A stretch of DNA of 63,891 nt, the filler included, from Nemertoderma westbladi (taxonomy: Eukaryota > Animalia > Xenacoelomorpha), in the NCBI GenBank assembly GCA_032718475.1. It is 3 parts of 3 records of this genome, joined end to end, with 100 filler letters (N's around TTAATTAATTAA, not from the genome) between each part and the next. Parts side by side here need not be neighbours in the genome. Positions count along the whole stretch, not along the records: positions 1 to 30,283 come from JAUCBJ010004279.1; 2 more parts are not named here. One strand, written 5' to 3'. Both the position numbers and the translations under genes were made by a program. Below, in pieces: positions 12,496-25,994 of the stretch (positions within the stretch are counted from its first letter, which is position 1; each line of letters starts with the position of its first letter). The notes below the pieces were generated by a model, which saw nothing but the letters and a program-made list of their open reading frames with translations, did not search any database and was not told where the DNA came from.

Positions 12496-15400
12496 TGAAA
12501 AAACATGTCAAAAAGAACTTCTTGTCACTAATTTAGTTAACCGAATTTCAGATATTCTACCCTCGTGTATTGAGTTTTGCACTCGATTAAAATAGTCAAT
12601 TAAAAAAGTGACAAAAAGTGCTTCTTTCCTATTCTTTTACCATATCGAAATCGAATTCTTTTCCTAACTAAAATGGGCAAAACAGGGCTAAAGTACTGCT
12701 TTCGCTCACTATTGTTACTTTTTATCACTAAAGTAGTAACATAATATAATGTATTTCTATCACTAATTTTGTGATAGACAATGATAAATCTGATTTTAAA
12801 TCAGACGGATTAATAGGAGCTGTGTTTGTTGTTCAAATGCTGTGCGATTTATTTTAATTTCAGTCTTGAATTAACATAATTAAGTTGATCCAAAATTTGA
12901 TCCGATATAATCATAGATGTTATGTTGGGTTTTTGTTGTAAGATTCGCTAAATAATGCATAAAAATAAATCATACCAGAAGACATGATGAACATTTTATA
13001 TTGGTATGTATTTCCATTAAACACAATATTTTTAGATAGTTTATTATTATTTCAAACATAAATTGGAAAAAATGATATTTGGTATATATACAATACATAC
13101 TCCACATATTGAGATTATATTCCTTCAACATACAATAGTAGAATACTGAAAATTATAAATTACATGTTTACACATACTGTTATTCCTGAAACATAAATGA
13201 AAAATAAAATAGTGGAGTACAACTAATTCTTTGAATGTAAAATTATTCCATATTGCAGCAATTATATGCTCATCAACTCCCCACCCCCACCCGGGGTGGC
13301 TCCTAGGCTCCAACATGTACTAGCATTGCTACTAGTTGGTGCCTCCCAGTTAAATAATTATTTATTATTTCACAAATTAGTGCAATTTAAATATGTACGT
13401 TTTATTATTGGGAAATATATTTGATTTGATTTAACAATTAGTAGATATAACAATTGGAGTAACAGTACTAATTTAAAAATAAAATAATAATATATTCAAA
13501 TTGGCAATATAAGGTTGCCAGTGTATTGAAAGAAAGTACTCATTAATTAGGATATAGTAGTTATAGATTGCATATAACACTATTGTAATACACCTCTTTA
13601 ACAGGCGAGCAAAAAATAATATATTTGCGTAAATTAAGTAAGTGCCTGAAAACTTTGAACATATAATGTATTTATTGCTGTAGCAGTTGGCAGTATTGGG
13701 CAAAAGTATTGGGCAAAAGTTCATATAATGAGTTTAAGCATAAAGCTTGCATAAAAAAATAAATTATTAATTCATAATGGATGAAAGTAACATATTAGAT
13801 TATTTGAGGTAAATATTATATTCAACATTCTTGTAGAGATACACAATAGGCATTGATGATTTAGTGATTAGGTAGCTATTAAGTAGATTTAGGGCAGCAG
13901 ACATCATTATTTGGGTTGGGTGATTCCTTACCCATCCTCGCTGGCATTGGTTGTTGGGCTGCCATTGACTGTTGGAATATTTCCAACTGGGCAGTAGCGA
14001 AATGTGGCGGATATTCTCGACGTGGTTGGGCCGACATTGACGGTCAGAATATTTCCGACTGGGTGGTGGCTGGTGATTGAAATTCCACCTCGTACTGTGT
14101 AGGGGGTGGTAGTAAAGTGGTGTGGTTCACTGGGTGCATATAACCTATATGCCCACTGGGGTGCAATTCGAAATTGATGTTCTAGATAGTTTTATTTTGA
14201 TACACTCCCCAATAAATTGTTCCATGCCAATTTTTATGAAGAAATATATAATAATAATAATAATAATTTCTTCTTTTATTTCAAATACTCCATATGATAA
14301 AACAACAGGAGGCAGTAACAGTGAAACATAATGATATAACACCGGAACTGATAATTTGTATGAAATAAGCGTAATTTTATTGAATGGGCTAGGCCCATGC
14401 ATTCTACTCTACAGTACACATACAATGTACTATGCTACAGTATGACCCGTATAGGTTAGGTTTCGAAAACCAGATTGATGTTCGTTCATATATGATATCA
14501 TGTTTTTCTAAATATGTTTCTAGTTGAAAATAAACAGCCCGTTCTAAACTGCCCTCCTGCATCACGTTGGCATTATGGCAGAACTTAAGACTGGAGATTT
14601 TTTTCGGTTGAACAAAGACTGCAGGAAGTCATCTTAATTGAAAATTTGGCAAGTCAGTGAGATTTGCATCCCATAAACCAGCACCATTTTATAAATATTT
14701 TATATATGGCTGTATGTGAATGATTCCTCATTAAAACAATTCTTCTTATTATTTATTTGTTACATATATATCTCATAACACTTATCAATGATTTTCATTA
14801 TGAATTATAAGCCATGCAGCCATAACTGCAAAAGTACTAATACTTTTGTCTTAAGACATGTCTATAACCCAACTAAATCGACCATTGCGGTTGCAATGAG
14901 CCCAAAATGAGTGCCAAAGCACCACTAAAAGGCCATTAACGAGAATTAAGTACATTCCGATTTCATCGCAAGATATATATAACCTTTGGACCAGACTCAT
15001 GGTCATGGTCACCGCTATGACTCAGGATATAGTTTCATAAAATTTAAAATAAAGGTTATTTTCTGACTCAGAATTATATTCTGCATCTTTTAAGAGTGGT
15101 GCCCCAATGATTGGAAGACATGACATGAAAAGTGCCTCATGAGTCTTACCCCTAACTTAGGCATAACTTTTGACATGAACACCATTTAATTAATTAAATT
15201 GGGAGATATACTGAAAAATAAGTATTAAGTAGTTAGTGGTTAGTGCCTCAAAGATGTAAATGAGTAATTCAACAAAATAAATTACGAAATAATTAAAGTT
15301 TAGGTAATAATACAGTAGTAATATGTTTCCTTTTATGTAAGTTTGGTCACTTTTTTCTGTCCTGCTTCTTCCCTCTTCGCTGAAAGATAGTCTAATGTAA

Positions 15401-16130
15401 TCTTGATGTTCATCTCCGTGACCGCAGAAATATCGATTAACTTGATTTACCACCAGTTCCGTTTTCAGTTGCTGGCATCTATTTCGGCCCTGACCCGACA
15501 CATCCACCTTGTTGACTACCATTAGCGGTACCATAAGAGTGTAGGTACCATTAAAGAGTCGTCTGTAAAATATGAAATTCAACCAAACTTGGTATGTATG
15601 TAGTCTGCCAAAAGTTTAGAAAGAAAGAACGTTTACTAAAATCGTAGTCTGTCTGTCGACACAAGGTACCACCAGTTAATGGTTCCTCTACTGTATGCTA
15701 AGGTTTCACACGCTGCACGAAGCCGAAGGCCCCACGATCCATGAACATGTTTCCCTATTATTTCCATAATATTACTTACTGTACTGCTGGTTTCTCTTTA
15801 GATATACAGTGTTCTCGTATAGTGCTCTCGTTTACAATGGGTTGTTATATAGAGGCGAACGGCTACAGCAGTTTTGTAACCTAAACTCCAAATTAAATGG
15901 TTAATTTAAAATTGTATAATTAAAAGGTATATTTAAACCTTCTGTAAATAATTATATATTTTTTAATCTTTTATTAATAATAAATAACTTAATGGCACCC
16001 CCCCCCCCCCACAGTGAATTTAAAAATGAAGCACAAAATAAATAAAGTTACATATACATTATCTAAATAATCAAAACACAGTTCAAAACAAAATAGATAA
16101 TTTTAACTTACTTTATCTAATATATCTCAA

Positions 16131-16500
16131 TCAAGGGATGTTATGTGCTGCATCAGCTTCCCTAAGTTTGACAGGGCCCTTGATACCGAGTCGCGTTCTT
16201 AGCGAAATCGAGACAACATGTTGTAAGTTAAACTCCATCTTGTCATTGAATTGATTAGTACTCTTTTCTTCAGCTTGTCCTTCACCTGGGCCTTTCTTTA
16301 TGAAGGCATTCATCGCCTTTGGACTCAGGCGAAATGACGCAATCATTTTACGAATTTTGTTTATAGTTTCTCTAACCAACAGTAATTTTTTTAATACCAT
16401 TTGTAACTGCAAGGTACAGGCCAAGTGTAAAGCATCCGACATTGGGCCATCCGTTGGCTGAGAGACAATTAATGATATTGGGCACATTATCACAAAGTGT
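16131..16500 (-). pseudogene. hAT (ZBED-like) transposase remnant
   Basis: Minus-strand motifs across frameshifts match hAT blocks in the correct order: CDNVPNI (cf. TDNAxN), LACTLQL (cf. CxAHTLQL), KIRKMIASFRLS, TRWSLTYNMLSRF (cf. TRWNSTYxMLxR). Confidence 0.7.
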
Positions 16501-18834
16501 AAGGTGTAACTTAGGTAAGTGTAACTTAGGTTTTTTTTTTCAATTTAGTTGTTCAACATTTCCAAATTGGCAATCAAATGTGGATTTTTGCCCCAATTTG
16601 GAATCTTCTAGCACTAAATGGTTAAATTTGGAGTGAAGGCGACTGAAAGCTTCAAATGTTCTCTGGAGACTTTGTGCATGGATAAATTTGCAAGTTTCAT
16701 TAAAAAATTTAGTTTAGCCAAATTTGGACATTTTGGCCAGATTTTAATTTTACCCAAAAAATAACCCAAATGGTAAATTTTTACATTGTTTTTGTCACTA
16801 TCACCAAAGCAGTTTGGCCGTTTCAATTGAAACTCACACCATCCTAATACATATCCAATACAGTTGCTCATCAGGTCGAAATATTGGCCAAAAATAGTGA
16901 AAAGTATGCAAATAATTAAACTTTTGGCCAATTTTTGGCCAAATTTTGATATTTTTGACAATTTTTAAATTGTTATATCTTTGTTTCTTTTAATTATAAC
17001 GAAACCGTTCCACTTGCGAAATATAGAGGGAAGGTGGGAGTTCCATTACTGTTATTGATATTGTGCGTTGCCTGAATATTAAGGGCCGGAAATTGGGGCC
17101 GAAAAATTGTAATTTTGGAAGTTGACAAAAAAGGTTTTGATAGAAAGTGGTTTTATTATGGTCCGAATTATGTCATTATATTTTTCTGAAACTTTAACAT
17201 CACAGATGGATATATATGATAGCTCTAAATTTTATCAATGTAATGTTTATGCATTAAGTCTTTGCTTCTTGTAGAAAATAAGGGCCAATCTTAAGAAATC
17301 TGTATTTTTTGGAAATTTAGCCCAAAATTAGGCACTCAAAATGCCATATATCAGCTTAAATTGCATTTTCCCGTAAATCCTTCAAATTAGCTTCTTAGAA
17401 CTTGCGTTGGGCATATCTGTACCAAATTTCATGAAAATCTGAGCAAGTTAAGTATTTTTTGAAGTTTGGAAAATTTTGGCTAAATTTTTTTCATTTTTAA
17501 ATTTTTTTAATTTTAGCCTCACATTACTTCAAAATATTCTATATAGGTACATTTATTTGGTATGCTGAATCTGAATATGCACGCCATTTTCGATTTTGAC
17601 AGTGTGTAGGTATGACAGAAAAATAAAAAAAGTCAGTTAAATGGCTGTCTTTTTGAAAAAGTCTGAGCTTTAGTTTAAGAACTTCGTAGGAATTTTATTT
17701 TCTAAAACAGTTTTAGGGTAAGAAAAATGACACTGGCAACAATTTATGAGTTGGCCCAACCGACACAATTTTACTCCAAACCGTCAAATTTTCACTGATT
17801 TTTAACAAAATTAACCAATTTTCACCATAAAATTACATATTTATCAAAAATAAAACAACTTCCGAGGAATTATATTTTTTGTAACTTTGGTCATTTTTAG
17901 AACATGATAGTAGAACAAAATTGACATATTCCGAAATTTTCAAGAGTTGCCCAAACCTGGTCAATTTTGTGGTCAAATCTGGATTATGTCGACACAATTT
18001 GGCAATTCCCAGCACTTAAACTCCTATAGTTTAAAAATCATACCGATTATAAAAATAGTGAGTATAGCAATTATAAACTTGTAAAATTAAATTGTAATTT
18101 CCCTACATAGCAATGAAAATTTTATCGTATTTGGTTGTGTTGCACCAGAGTTACAACAATTTTTATAATTGCACATCATATTAAAAATTGCATTATTGTT
18201 GTATTATTTAAACATTTTAAAGTTCCCTCCATCAGTCCAATTGAATATCATACACACACCCAACCACTGGTACAACTCTAGCCAATAACAGTTTGTATCC
18301 TAGCAGCACCCAGCAACACTTGTAGTGTGAGGCAAGGATAATGTGAACTCACAGCTGGCTGTGTGGTATCATTGTTTGACTACTGCGGCTAGCATTAACT
18401 TTGCAGTCATACTGTATGTGTACCAGCACTGTTCTGCTGCTAGGCCTAGCAGTTAGTGTTTGATTTTCTATTAACGGTCTGCGGCACAACTGGAATGCCT
18501 GCTGCCGTAGGCTACGGCCAGACCACTGCCCCTACTTCCACAGGCCTTACTGCCGTACCTACTTACTATACCTTGCACTTGTATTCTAAGCTTGTCTGCA
18601 TGTTATCAGGTTCAATACAGCTGTATGATCTGATGGTTGTTGTATAATTAGGCCTATTTCAGTATTTCATTGATTATTTATTAATTTTTTGTGAGCCTAA
18701 TACTGTGATTGAACTATGCCTAGCATTTCTGTTTACTCATGTCAACTGTTCTTTCAGTAACCAATCTGTAGTCACCCAGTTGGCTAATAATATAATAATA
18801 TTATATTATTAATATACACCCAGTTGGCTAATAA

Positions 18835-19878
18835 TAAGTTGGCTTTCGCCGTGAGGACCAGCCAGTCTTGTACTTTGGCAGCCTCATGGAGTGAATAAGC
18901 ATGGTGGACAGCCCATGACTTTCTTGAGACGCATCTTAAGGGGGGTTCTCTATTTTATTTTTATTTTTATAGCTACTGTTCTGAAACTTTAACACAATTA
19001 TCTGTGATCTTTAACTAAGATAACTGAGTATGGATACCTTCGCAAACCATTTTGTTCGAAAAAACTTTCGAAAACTTTTTGTGCAAGTCGGTTTTTTTTA
19101 ATTTGTAAAGATTTTGAGGGTTTTTATGAAAAATATATCATGTAGAAGGATCTGTAGTACCAAATGGGTTGGAGATCTTGTTCCAAGAGTTTGGCCAAAT
19201 TATCCTAGATATGTAGGATATCTTCTGTGAAAATTTCAACACAAAATTATAGTTTTTGAAAAATTTATGGGGGTTTTAGTATGTTCAGGCTATATTTCGG
19301 GCATCATATATTTTGAGATAGATGAAGAGAAGCAGTTACATAATGGATCATAGAACATTCAAATGGACATATTTTACAAAACCAATACTAAGGCTTGCAG
19401 CCCTATAGATGCTGAACATTTTGGTATATGTTTGATAAAAATTGAGTGAAAAATAAAAGAGTAGTAGGGAATTTAGGGATCTTTTAGTGATCTTATTTAG
19501 TGAGCAAACTGAGAAAAGGTTGTTTTATGCAGAGAGTCATGAATATTAAGCAATAAATTATGTTGTTGGAAAGTTCTGTTTTGTGGTGGAAAATTATTCA
19601 ATGGTCAAAACCGATGTCTCCACGTGAAAGCCCTTCTATCAAACCACAAAATTAGAAGAAAAAAAAATTTCCAAAAATTTTCAGGAAATTGAAAAATTTT
19701 GCAGTCGTAGGGGGTGATACCCCCATTAAAGGACACTGGCCTTGAAGATGCGGATGATCTAGCAAATGTCATGGGTGATAGGGAGTTGTGGCGGCGCAAT
19801 TTTGTCGGCAAGCCGGCACAGCATTCTTAAAAATGCAGCTGCAATGTAGCATGCCGATCCTAGTAGTAGTACTAGTAG
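18835..19878 (+). mobile_element. Short 3' fragment of an RTE-clade LINE, interrupted by a MITE
   Basis: Removing the insert restores GQPMTFLRRILKDTGLEDADDLANVMGDRELWR, an RTE-type C-terminus. (TAG)n tail at 19861-19878; 10-bp TSD TGGCTAATAA at 18825-18834 and 19879-19888. Confidence 0.75.
18940..19725. mobile_element. TTAA-targeting non-autonomous DNA transposon (Kolobok-like MITE)
   Basis: TTAA duplicated at 18936-18939 and 19726-19729; short imperfect TIRs GGGGGGTT.../...ATACCCCCA; AT-rich non-coding interior; excision restores the flanking RTE frame. Confidence 0.7.
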
Positions 19879-21721
19879 TGGCTAATAACCTCAGGATTTT
19901 AGTAAACTCAGGAGTCTGACTTCCCTCTGTTCTAAGTTCCACCTACCTACTTGCAGCTTATCCCAACGAATCATCTTATTCTGCATAGAGATGACTGCTG
20001 AGTCTTCAACCTTGACGACACGAATTGGCACTGGCTGACTGGGGTGCCAGTACGTTTGCGATAATGTTCTCACATCTCTGGACGGCCAAGGTCGAGAGAG
20101 GGTCGTACCAGAACTCTATCATCGCGGCTTCCAGCCCTTGGCCTCGTTTCTCCGAATCAATGCTGAAAGATGCAAAAGCGTGCCTACTGGGCATGCTCGA
20201 ATCCGGTGGGAAAACTACACAGGCAGTTCCAATCGCATTGGACGTAAGCAGGACTTCACTAAAAGCAAACATGCAGGTGAAACTAAAGAAACTTTATGGT
20301 ATCGGTACGAGTATAGTGCGTGGTTTATGATACTTGCAATGTTTACCGGATAAAATCTTAGGCTCTAGAATCAGCGGCACGAAATACTGAAATACAAAGC
20401 GCAAAACTACTAGTGGGTCAACTGCGGTACAGCAATTCAGTGCAACATCAAGCGATATGTTATTATGGGTTGCGTATTGGAGCGAATGGGGATCCCCAGT
20501 TTAAATTCGCGAGTGGTTCGGTGTCTATCAGTCGACCAGACACGCTTTGGTTCGTTGAGTTTTTAACTTTAATGTCTGCATTTCATCCAAACCGCATCCG
20601 GGTAGGGATACCAAACCACCGCGTTATTTGATGCTTTTTAATTTTATTATTGTCTATCGATTGACTTATAGATAACCTGTGCCTATATACAGTTACTGTG
20701 TTAACATTTGTGATGTCGTATTGGTTTAAATGTATGCCCATGTATTAAATTTGTGGTCCTATACTATCATGTGCAGAAATTATTTTATTAATTGAACAAA
20801 TTAAATTCACAATTTAGTATTGAATCTGTAATATATTACACTAAATAATATATATAAATAATATTAATAGTATAAACAGTTATAGCTGGGGGTGTCCGTC
20901 GGCGGCTCCAGTTCGCTCTCCTCCGGTCTAGCTCCCTCTGCCTCCGAGGCGGTCGTCGCCCATGGCGATGCTTGGGATTCGGCGACGGTGCGGGATTGCG
21001 CGGCAACGACCTTGCTGGGCAGTATTAGATCCATAAGTCAATCTGTTTTTATAATTATGTAAATATTAGTATAATTAATCAATTATTTATAATTATGTGT
21101 GTGGGTGAAGGGTTATACATACAATCTATATTTTATATAGGTTCATTAATGCTAATTATACTTGTATTATTTCATGTTATAGCTATATACCTTAAATATA
21201 TTGTTATATTTCATAATTAAAATTTATATAATTTATTATTTTGCATTTTATACAAATACTGATAGTTTTTAAGCATATTTACAAAAGCAAATAATATATA
21301 GAAAGGTGCTTTTGTGATAATTATGCAAATAAATTTTTTATTTTAATGCAAATACTTACACAGTAATATTAACCATGTATTTTGTTAAACAGTAAAATAT
21401 AGTTTTCATTCTTTGATATTTTATTTTTTTGTTGGTTTTAAATAAAACTTTCTATATTGTTGGTACTAAACAAGATCCCCAATGTCCCGTCAACACCTTG
21501 GGTAGACGAGAGTATGGCGATCATGTAATTGGCCTGAGCCAGAACAGATGAGAATGCACAGCTGGCGATCAGCTGATTATCATTATTATTGATCAGCATT
21601 AGGTGATTGTATTATATATATCGGTATGGTTTCATTTTATTGTTCACCGAATATTATTGTAGTAATATTAATTAACTTTCTGGACTCTACCCTTATTTGT
21701 TACTAATAATAAACGTCATAT

Positions 21722-21739
21722 TGGTGACCCGGACGAGAT
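21722..21739 (+). promoter_or_regulatory. Primer-binding site, tRNA-Trp type
   Basis: TGGTGACCCGGACGAGAT lies 3 nt after the LTR-terminal CA and is near-complementary to the 3' end of tRNA-Trp, as typical of CsRn1-clade elements. Confidence 0.8.
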
Positions 21740-21789
21740 TTAATTTTAAATTTATTTTATTTATTAATTTAATTTAATTAATTACTTAA

Positions 21790-22709
21790 ATGGCCGTTAG
21801 TCAACCCCCCAAGATGACAAAAACGATGGAAGAACTGCAGGTCGAGTTGGACTGGCTGAAACAAGAGCGGACCACGGCCATCACGGCCACGGAGTCCCTC
21901 AATGCCGTATCTCTAAAACTGGCCTCCTTCTGGAGGAACGAACCAAAACTATGGTTTATATAGACCGAGGCTGCGTTCTCGACGCGCGCGCCACCAATCA
22001 CCTCGGACGAAACTCGCTACGGCTATTTGATAACCGCACTCGATGGCGTCGCGGCGGCAGAGGTACGCCACATCCTGGAGCACCTCCCGGCTGCAGGCAC
22101 CAGACCCCCAAAGAGGCACTAATCTCCACCTACGCGCAGACCCAGGCCTCCAAGCACAAAGAATTGCTGAACCTAACAGGCCTCAGCGACCGGAAACCAT
22201 CATCCTACTGGAGGTACTTACAGTCGCTCTCCGACGGTAACGCCGACACCCTCCTGCACGCTTTGTTCGTCTCCCAGTTGCCCAAGGACATCGCCGCAAT
22301 TGTTTCAACCATGGCCACGGCCACCACTGGCGAAGATTTTGCAGCGATGTGCGATAAGGTATTAGAGGCCAAAGGTCAGCCCGGCATAAACGCCATCAGT
22401 TCCGGCGGGGGGCGACGCGGCGGAGGACGAGGCGGTAACAACGGAGGTTTTGGAGGGAACAGGTATAACTCGGGGCAGTTGGACTCAAGCGGCGGCGGTT
22501 GCCAACAGCAGGGACGCCCTTTCCCCTCCTCTTTCAACACAGTGGAGCTCTCCAATGGGCTGTGTTACTATCACAAAACCTTTGGACGCAGAGCGAACAG
22601 ATGCAAAGGGGGCGGCTGCCATTTCCGCAGTAACGTGAACGTGCGATACAAAGAGGGGTCCACAGCGTACAACTCAATGGATGCAACAGAACTGCCGGGA
22701 AACGATTAG
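21790..22709 (+). pseudogene. gag: gag (disrupted)
   Basis: ATG at 21790; VSLKLASFWRNEPKLWFI*TEAAF with in-frame TAG at 21961; frameshift near 22100; CYYHKTFGRRANRCKGGGC knuckle. Confidence 0.85.
22697..22703 (+). promoter_or_regulatory. -1 ribosomal frameshift slippery site G GGA AAC
   Basis: X XXY YYZ heptamer in the gag frame, with one codon between it and the gag stop. The -1 frame is open from here into the pol ORF. Confidence 0.8.
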
Positions 22710-24818
22710 GCCGGCCGCTAATTACTGGAGCGGTCGGCACAAAGAAGAGGTATATGATGAGAGTAGTAGACCGCCGCACCGGCGTCTCCTTCCTAATCGA
22801 CTCAGGAGCGGACATCTCTGTCCTCTCAGCCTCTCCACGTCAACGCCGCGAACCCGAATCCTCCCCTCTGGTCGCAGCAAACGGCTCCAAGATACGAGCA
22901 TGGGGCGAGTCTAACTTTGGTATATCTTTCAGGTCCTCCACCGATGGAGACAAACTCTTTACACACGATTTCATCGTTGCTGATGTCGCTGAGGCGATCC
23001 TCAGCGCCGATTTCTTCGCGTCATTTGGTTTCGCAATCGACATGAGAGGACGCCAGCTTGTTAACCTCCACCACGGATACTCGGTGTATGGCACACCAGC
23101 CTCACTCTCTACCATCCTCGCCGGGCTCCGAGTTTCCTGGCTATCCCGCTTCGACGCCGTCTTGGCGGACTACCCCGAGGTGCTCGTCCCCCGCTTCAAG
23201 GTGGGAGCCCCTAACAAACACAGAGTAGAACAGTACATACCGACCCACGGGCCGCCTGTGTTTGCCAGGGTGCGAAGGTTGAACACAGACAAGTTAGCGG
23301 CGGCCAAGGCAGAGTTCGCGAAGATGGAGGCCACCGGAATCATCCGTCTATCGTCCTCGCCTTGGGCCAGCCCATTACACATGGTACCGAAACCAGACGG
23401 GTCGTGGAGGCCGTGTGGTGACTATCGGAGACTAAATGAAGTTACAGAAGACATCCGCTATCCTCTACCACACGTACAAGACTTTAACGTCAATGTCGCC
23501 GGATGCACCGTCTTTTCCAAACTGGACCTAATCAAAGGCTACCACCAGATCCCCATGGCGGCCGCGGACATTCCCAAGACTGCGATAATCACACCGTTCG
23601 GTCTCTGGGAGTTTGTCCGCATGCCTTTCGGACTTAGGAACGCAGTGCAAGCGTTTCAACGCCTCATGTCCGGAGTACTCCGGGGACTCCCCTTCGTTTT
23701 TGTATATCTAGACGATGTGCTGATCGCGAGCAACGGCAACGATGAACACGAAGAACGAAGAACATCTCCGCATGGTTCTACGCCTTCTCAGAGACAATGG
23801 CCTCGTCATAAACAAGACCAAGAGTGTCCTCGGAGCCACTGAACTCAACTACTTGGGCCATCGGGTTACCTGCGAAGGTATTGCGCCATTGCCGACAAGA
23901 GAAAATGCGATCAAGGAGTACGTGGCGCCAAAGTCCAAGGCGGATCTACAACGCTTTCTGGGCGTCATCAATTATTACCACCGATTCGTTCCCGGTCTAG
24001 CTGGTGTCCTCCGTCCCCTCTACGAGGCGGTCAGGGTCAAGAAACCATCCCACTTTTTCTTCTCCGTCGAGTGCGTGGCCACTTTCAATGCTGCCAAGGA
24101 TGCCCTCGCATCTGCGGTCCTCCTAGTACACCTGAACTCTCGTGCGCAAATGCGCGTTACTATGGACGCCTCCGGCTTGGCAGTAGGTGCCGAGTTGTCT
24201 CAATTGCAGCCATCAGGGTTTTGGGCACCAGTCTCTTTCTACTCGAAGAAACTCAAACCGGTGGAAATGAAGTACTCGGCGTTCGACAGAGAATTATTGG
24301 CTGTCTACCTGTCCATCAAGGCTTTCCGACACCACCTAGAGGACCGGAGTTTCCACATCTTAACAGATCACCGCCCTTAACCGGTGCATTGCATCTGCAG
24401 TAGAGCGCTCGCCTCGCCAGACAAGGCACTTACTTACTTAGCTTTCATCGCGGAATTCACCTCTGACGTCCGCCACGTCTCAGGGAATTCCAACGTAGTA
24501 GCGGACGCTCTCTCCCGTGCCACTCCGGATAGTCCAACGCCTCCGTTGCTCTCAACAGTTCACCCGGTAAGAGGAATGGATTACCAATCGCTATCCCGAG
24601 ATCAGTCGTTCAGCAAGGAGATCGCCGCATATCGAACCGCCATCTCAGGACTCCATCGCATTGATGTGCCATGTGATAATGGGTTATCCCTACTCTGCGA
24701 CGATTCTACCGGACTTAACCGTCCTGTCCTCCCAAAAGAGTGGACCAAGAGGGCTTTCGACGTGGTACACGGCTTGGGCCACGCCGCAGTTCGCCCAACA
24801 CAAAAAAGGCCGTGGTGA
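22704..24818 (+). pseudogene. pol: pol (protease, RT, RNase H, partial integrase), disrupted
   Basis: FLIDSGADISV; WASPLHMVPK, CGDYRRLN, MPFGL, YLDD; DASGLAVGA, YSAFDRELLA, TDHRP; HGLGH. Frameshift from a short duplication near 23750 and a further break near 24380. Confidence 0.92.
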
Positions 24819-25994
24819 AGAGGTTCGTGTGGTTCATTGGGGCTAATCTCTAATAAGGAATTCTACCCCCCCCCCCCCCCCCCCCCTACTTTCGGCCTAA
24901 CAAACAATTAGTAAATTGTGGATTTCAGTTTCCAACAATTCCATTTAAATTGCATAATATGAACAGAACTTCACAGTCTAGTCCAATATTAAAATTGTTA
25001 GTGAATTCGAATTGTTTGTGAAACATATATGTTTCATCATAATATGAATTTTTTTACAGCTTTGATATTATTTATACTGACATCGTAGATGTTACTGAAA
25101 GATGGCACAACCGAATTTTATTTAGTAGGTATAGGCTGTTAGCCAGCAAACTTGTGGTGCTGTATGTTGGTTGGTACAGTACATTAGATTAATATTTGTT
25201 ATGGGTAAAATTAATTATTGTGGAATTTCAGAACAGTATAATAGTATAATAATATAGTAATATAATAATATAGTATAATAATGTTAATAACCTACTGTAT
25301 GGCTTTAGGATGTGACGGGATCCCTGAGTTGGCGAGGGAATCCCGACCGGGTTTTGTCTTGGTTCAATACGCGTCGCCGCGTCCACTTACTGTGGCTGAA
25401 TGACTGAAGAAGTACCGGTAGTAATCAGTACAACAGTAATCATAATGATAGCAGACAACGACGGTAAACACATTAATTACCTAGGTGTGGCCAACCAGTG
25501 GACGCTCTGTAATTGGACACATGCTGTACCTCCATTGGTCGATACTGATTGGAACTGTATGCTGGCATCTCCCCCTGTGGCTGGCACTGTATATTGCTAG
25601 GTGCCAATTGTTAGGTGACATTATATTGGTAATGTCGCCTAATCAACTATAATTGGTAAAAAGCCACTTTCCCCATTTTCCACTGGGTAGTGCAGCGAAT
25701 TGGATACGCTAACAGGATGCATATTTGGTGTACAGAATCGATAATGGATACACCCTGTGTTCGTATTAACATACTGATAATTTTATAATAAATATGATTA
25801 TTGCTTATTTGTTTATTTTAATAATATAAATAAGGTATTAATTATTGTAAAACAAAGAATCGTAATAATTAAATTACTACTAATAAGAGTTAATATTAAG
25901 CCACCACCGATTGACGTTACAAGGTAGGAAATTTGAGACTACTACTACTACTACAGTAACATGGACTGGCAGACATGAGTTTAAATGGCAGCAC

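Larger units (their letters stand above)
21483..24840 (+). mobile_element. 3'-truncated Ty3/Gypsy LTR retrotransposon, CsRn1-like lineage
   Basis: Putative 5' LTR ending AATAAACGTCA at 21718 (start uncertain), PBS, gag with CHCC knuckle, PR-RT-RNase H order. Sequence stops in the integrase zinc-finger region; no 3' LTR seen. Confidence 0.92.

Noticed and set aside
13925-14130. GC-richer patch with an internal duplication and a minus-strand GTAAGG donor, as a possible exon
   Set aside because: No recognisable protein, no clear acceptor and no partner exon.
16500-18200. AT-rich block with ORF 16614-16961, likely a non-autonomous transposon
   Set aside because: I could not define termini or TSD and found no protein motif.
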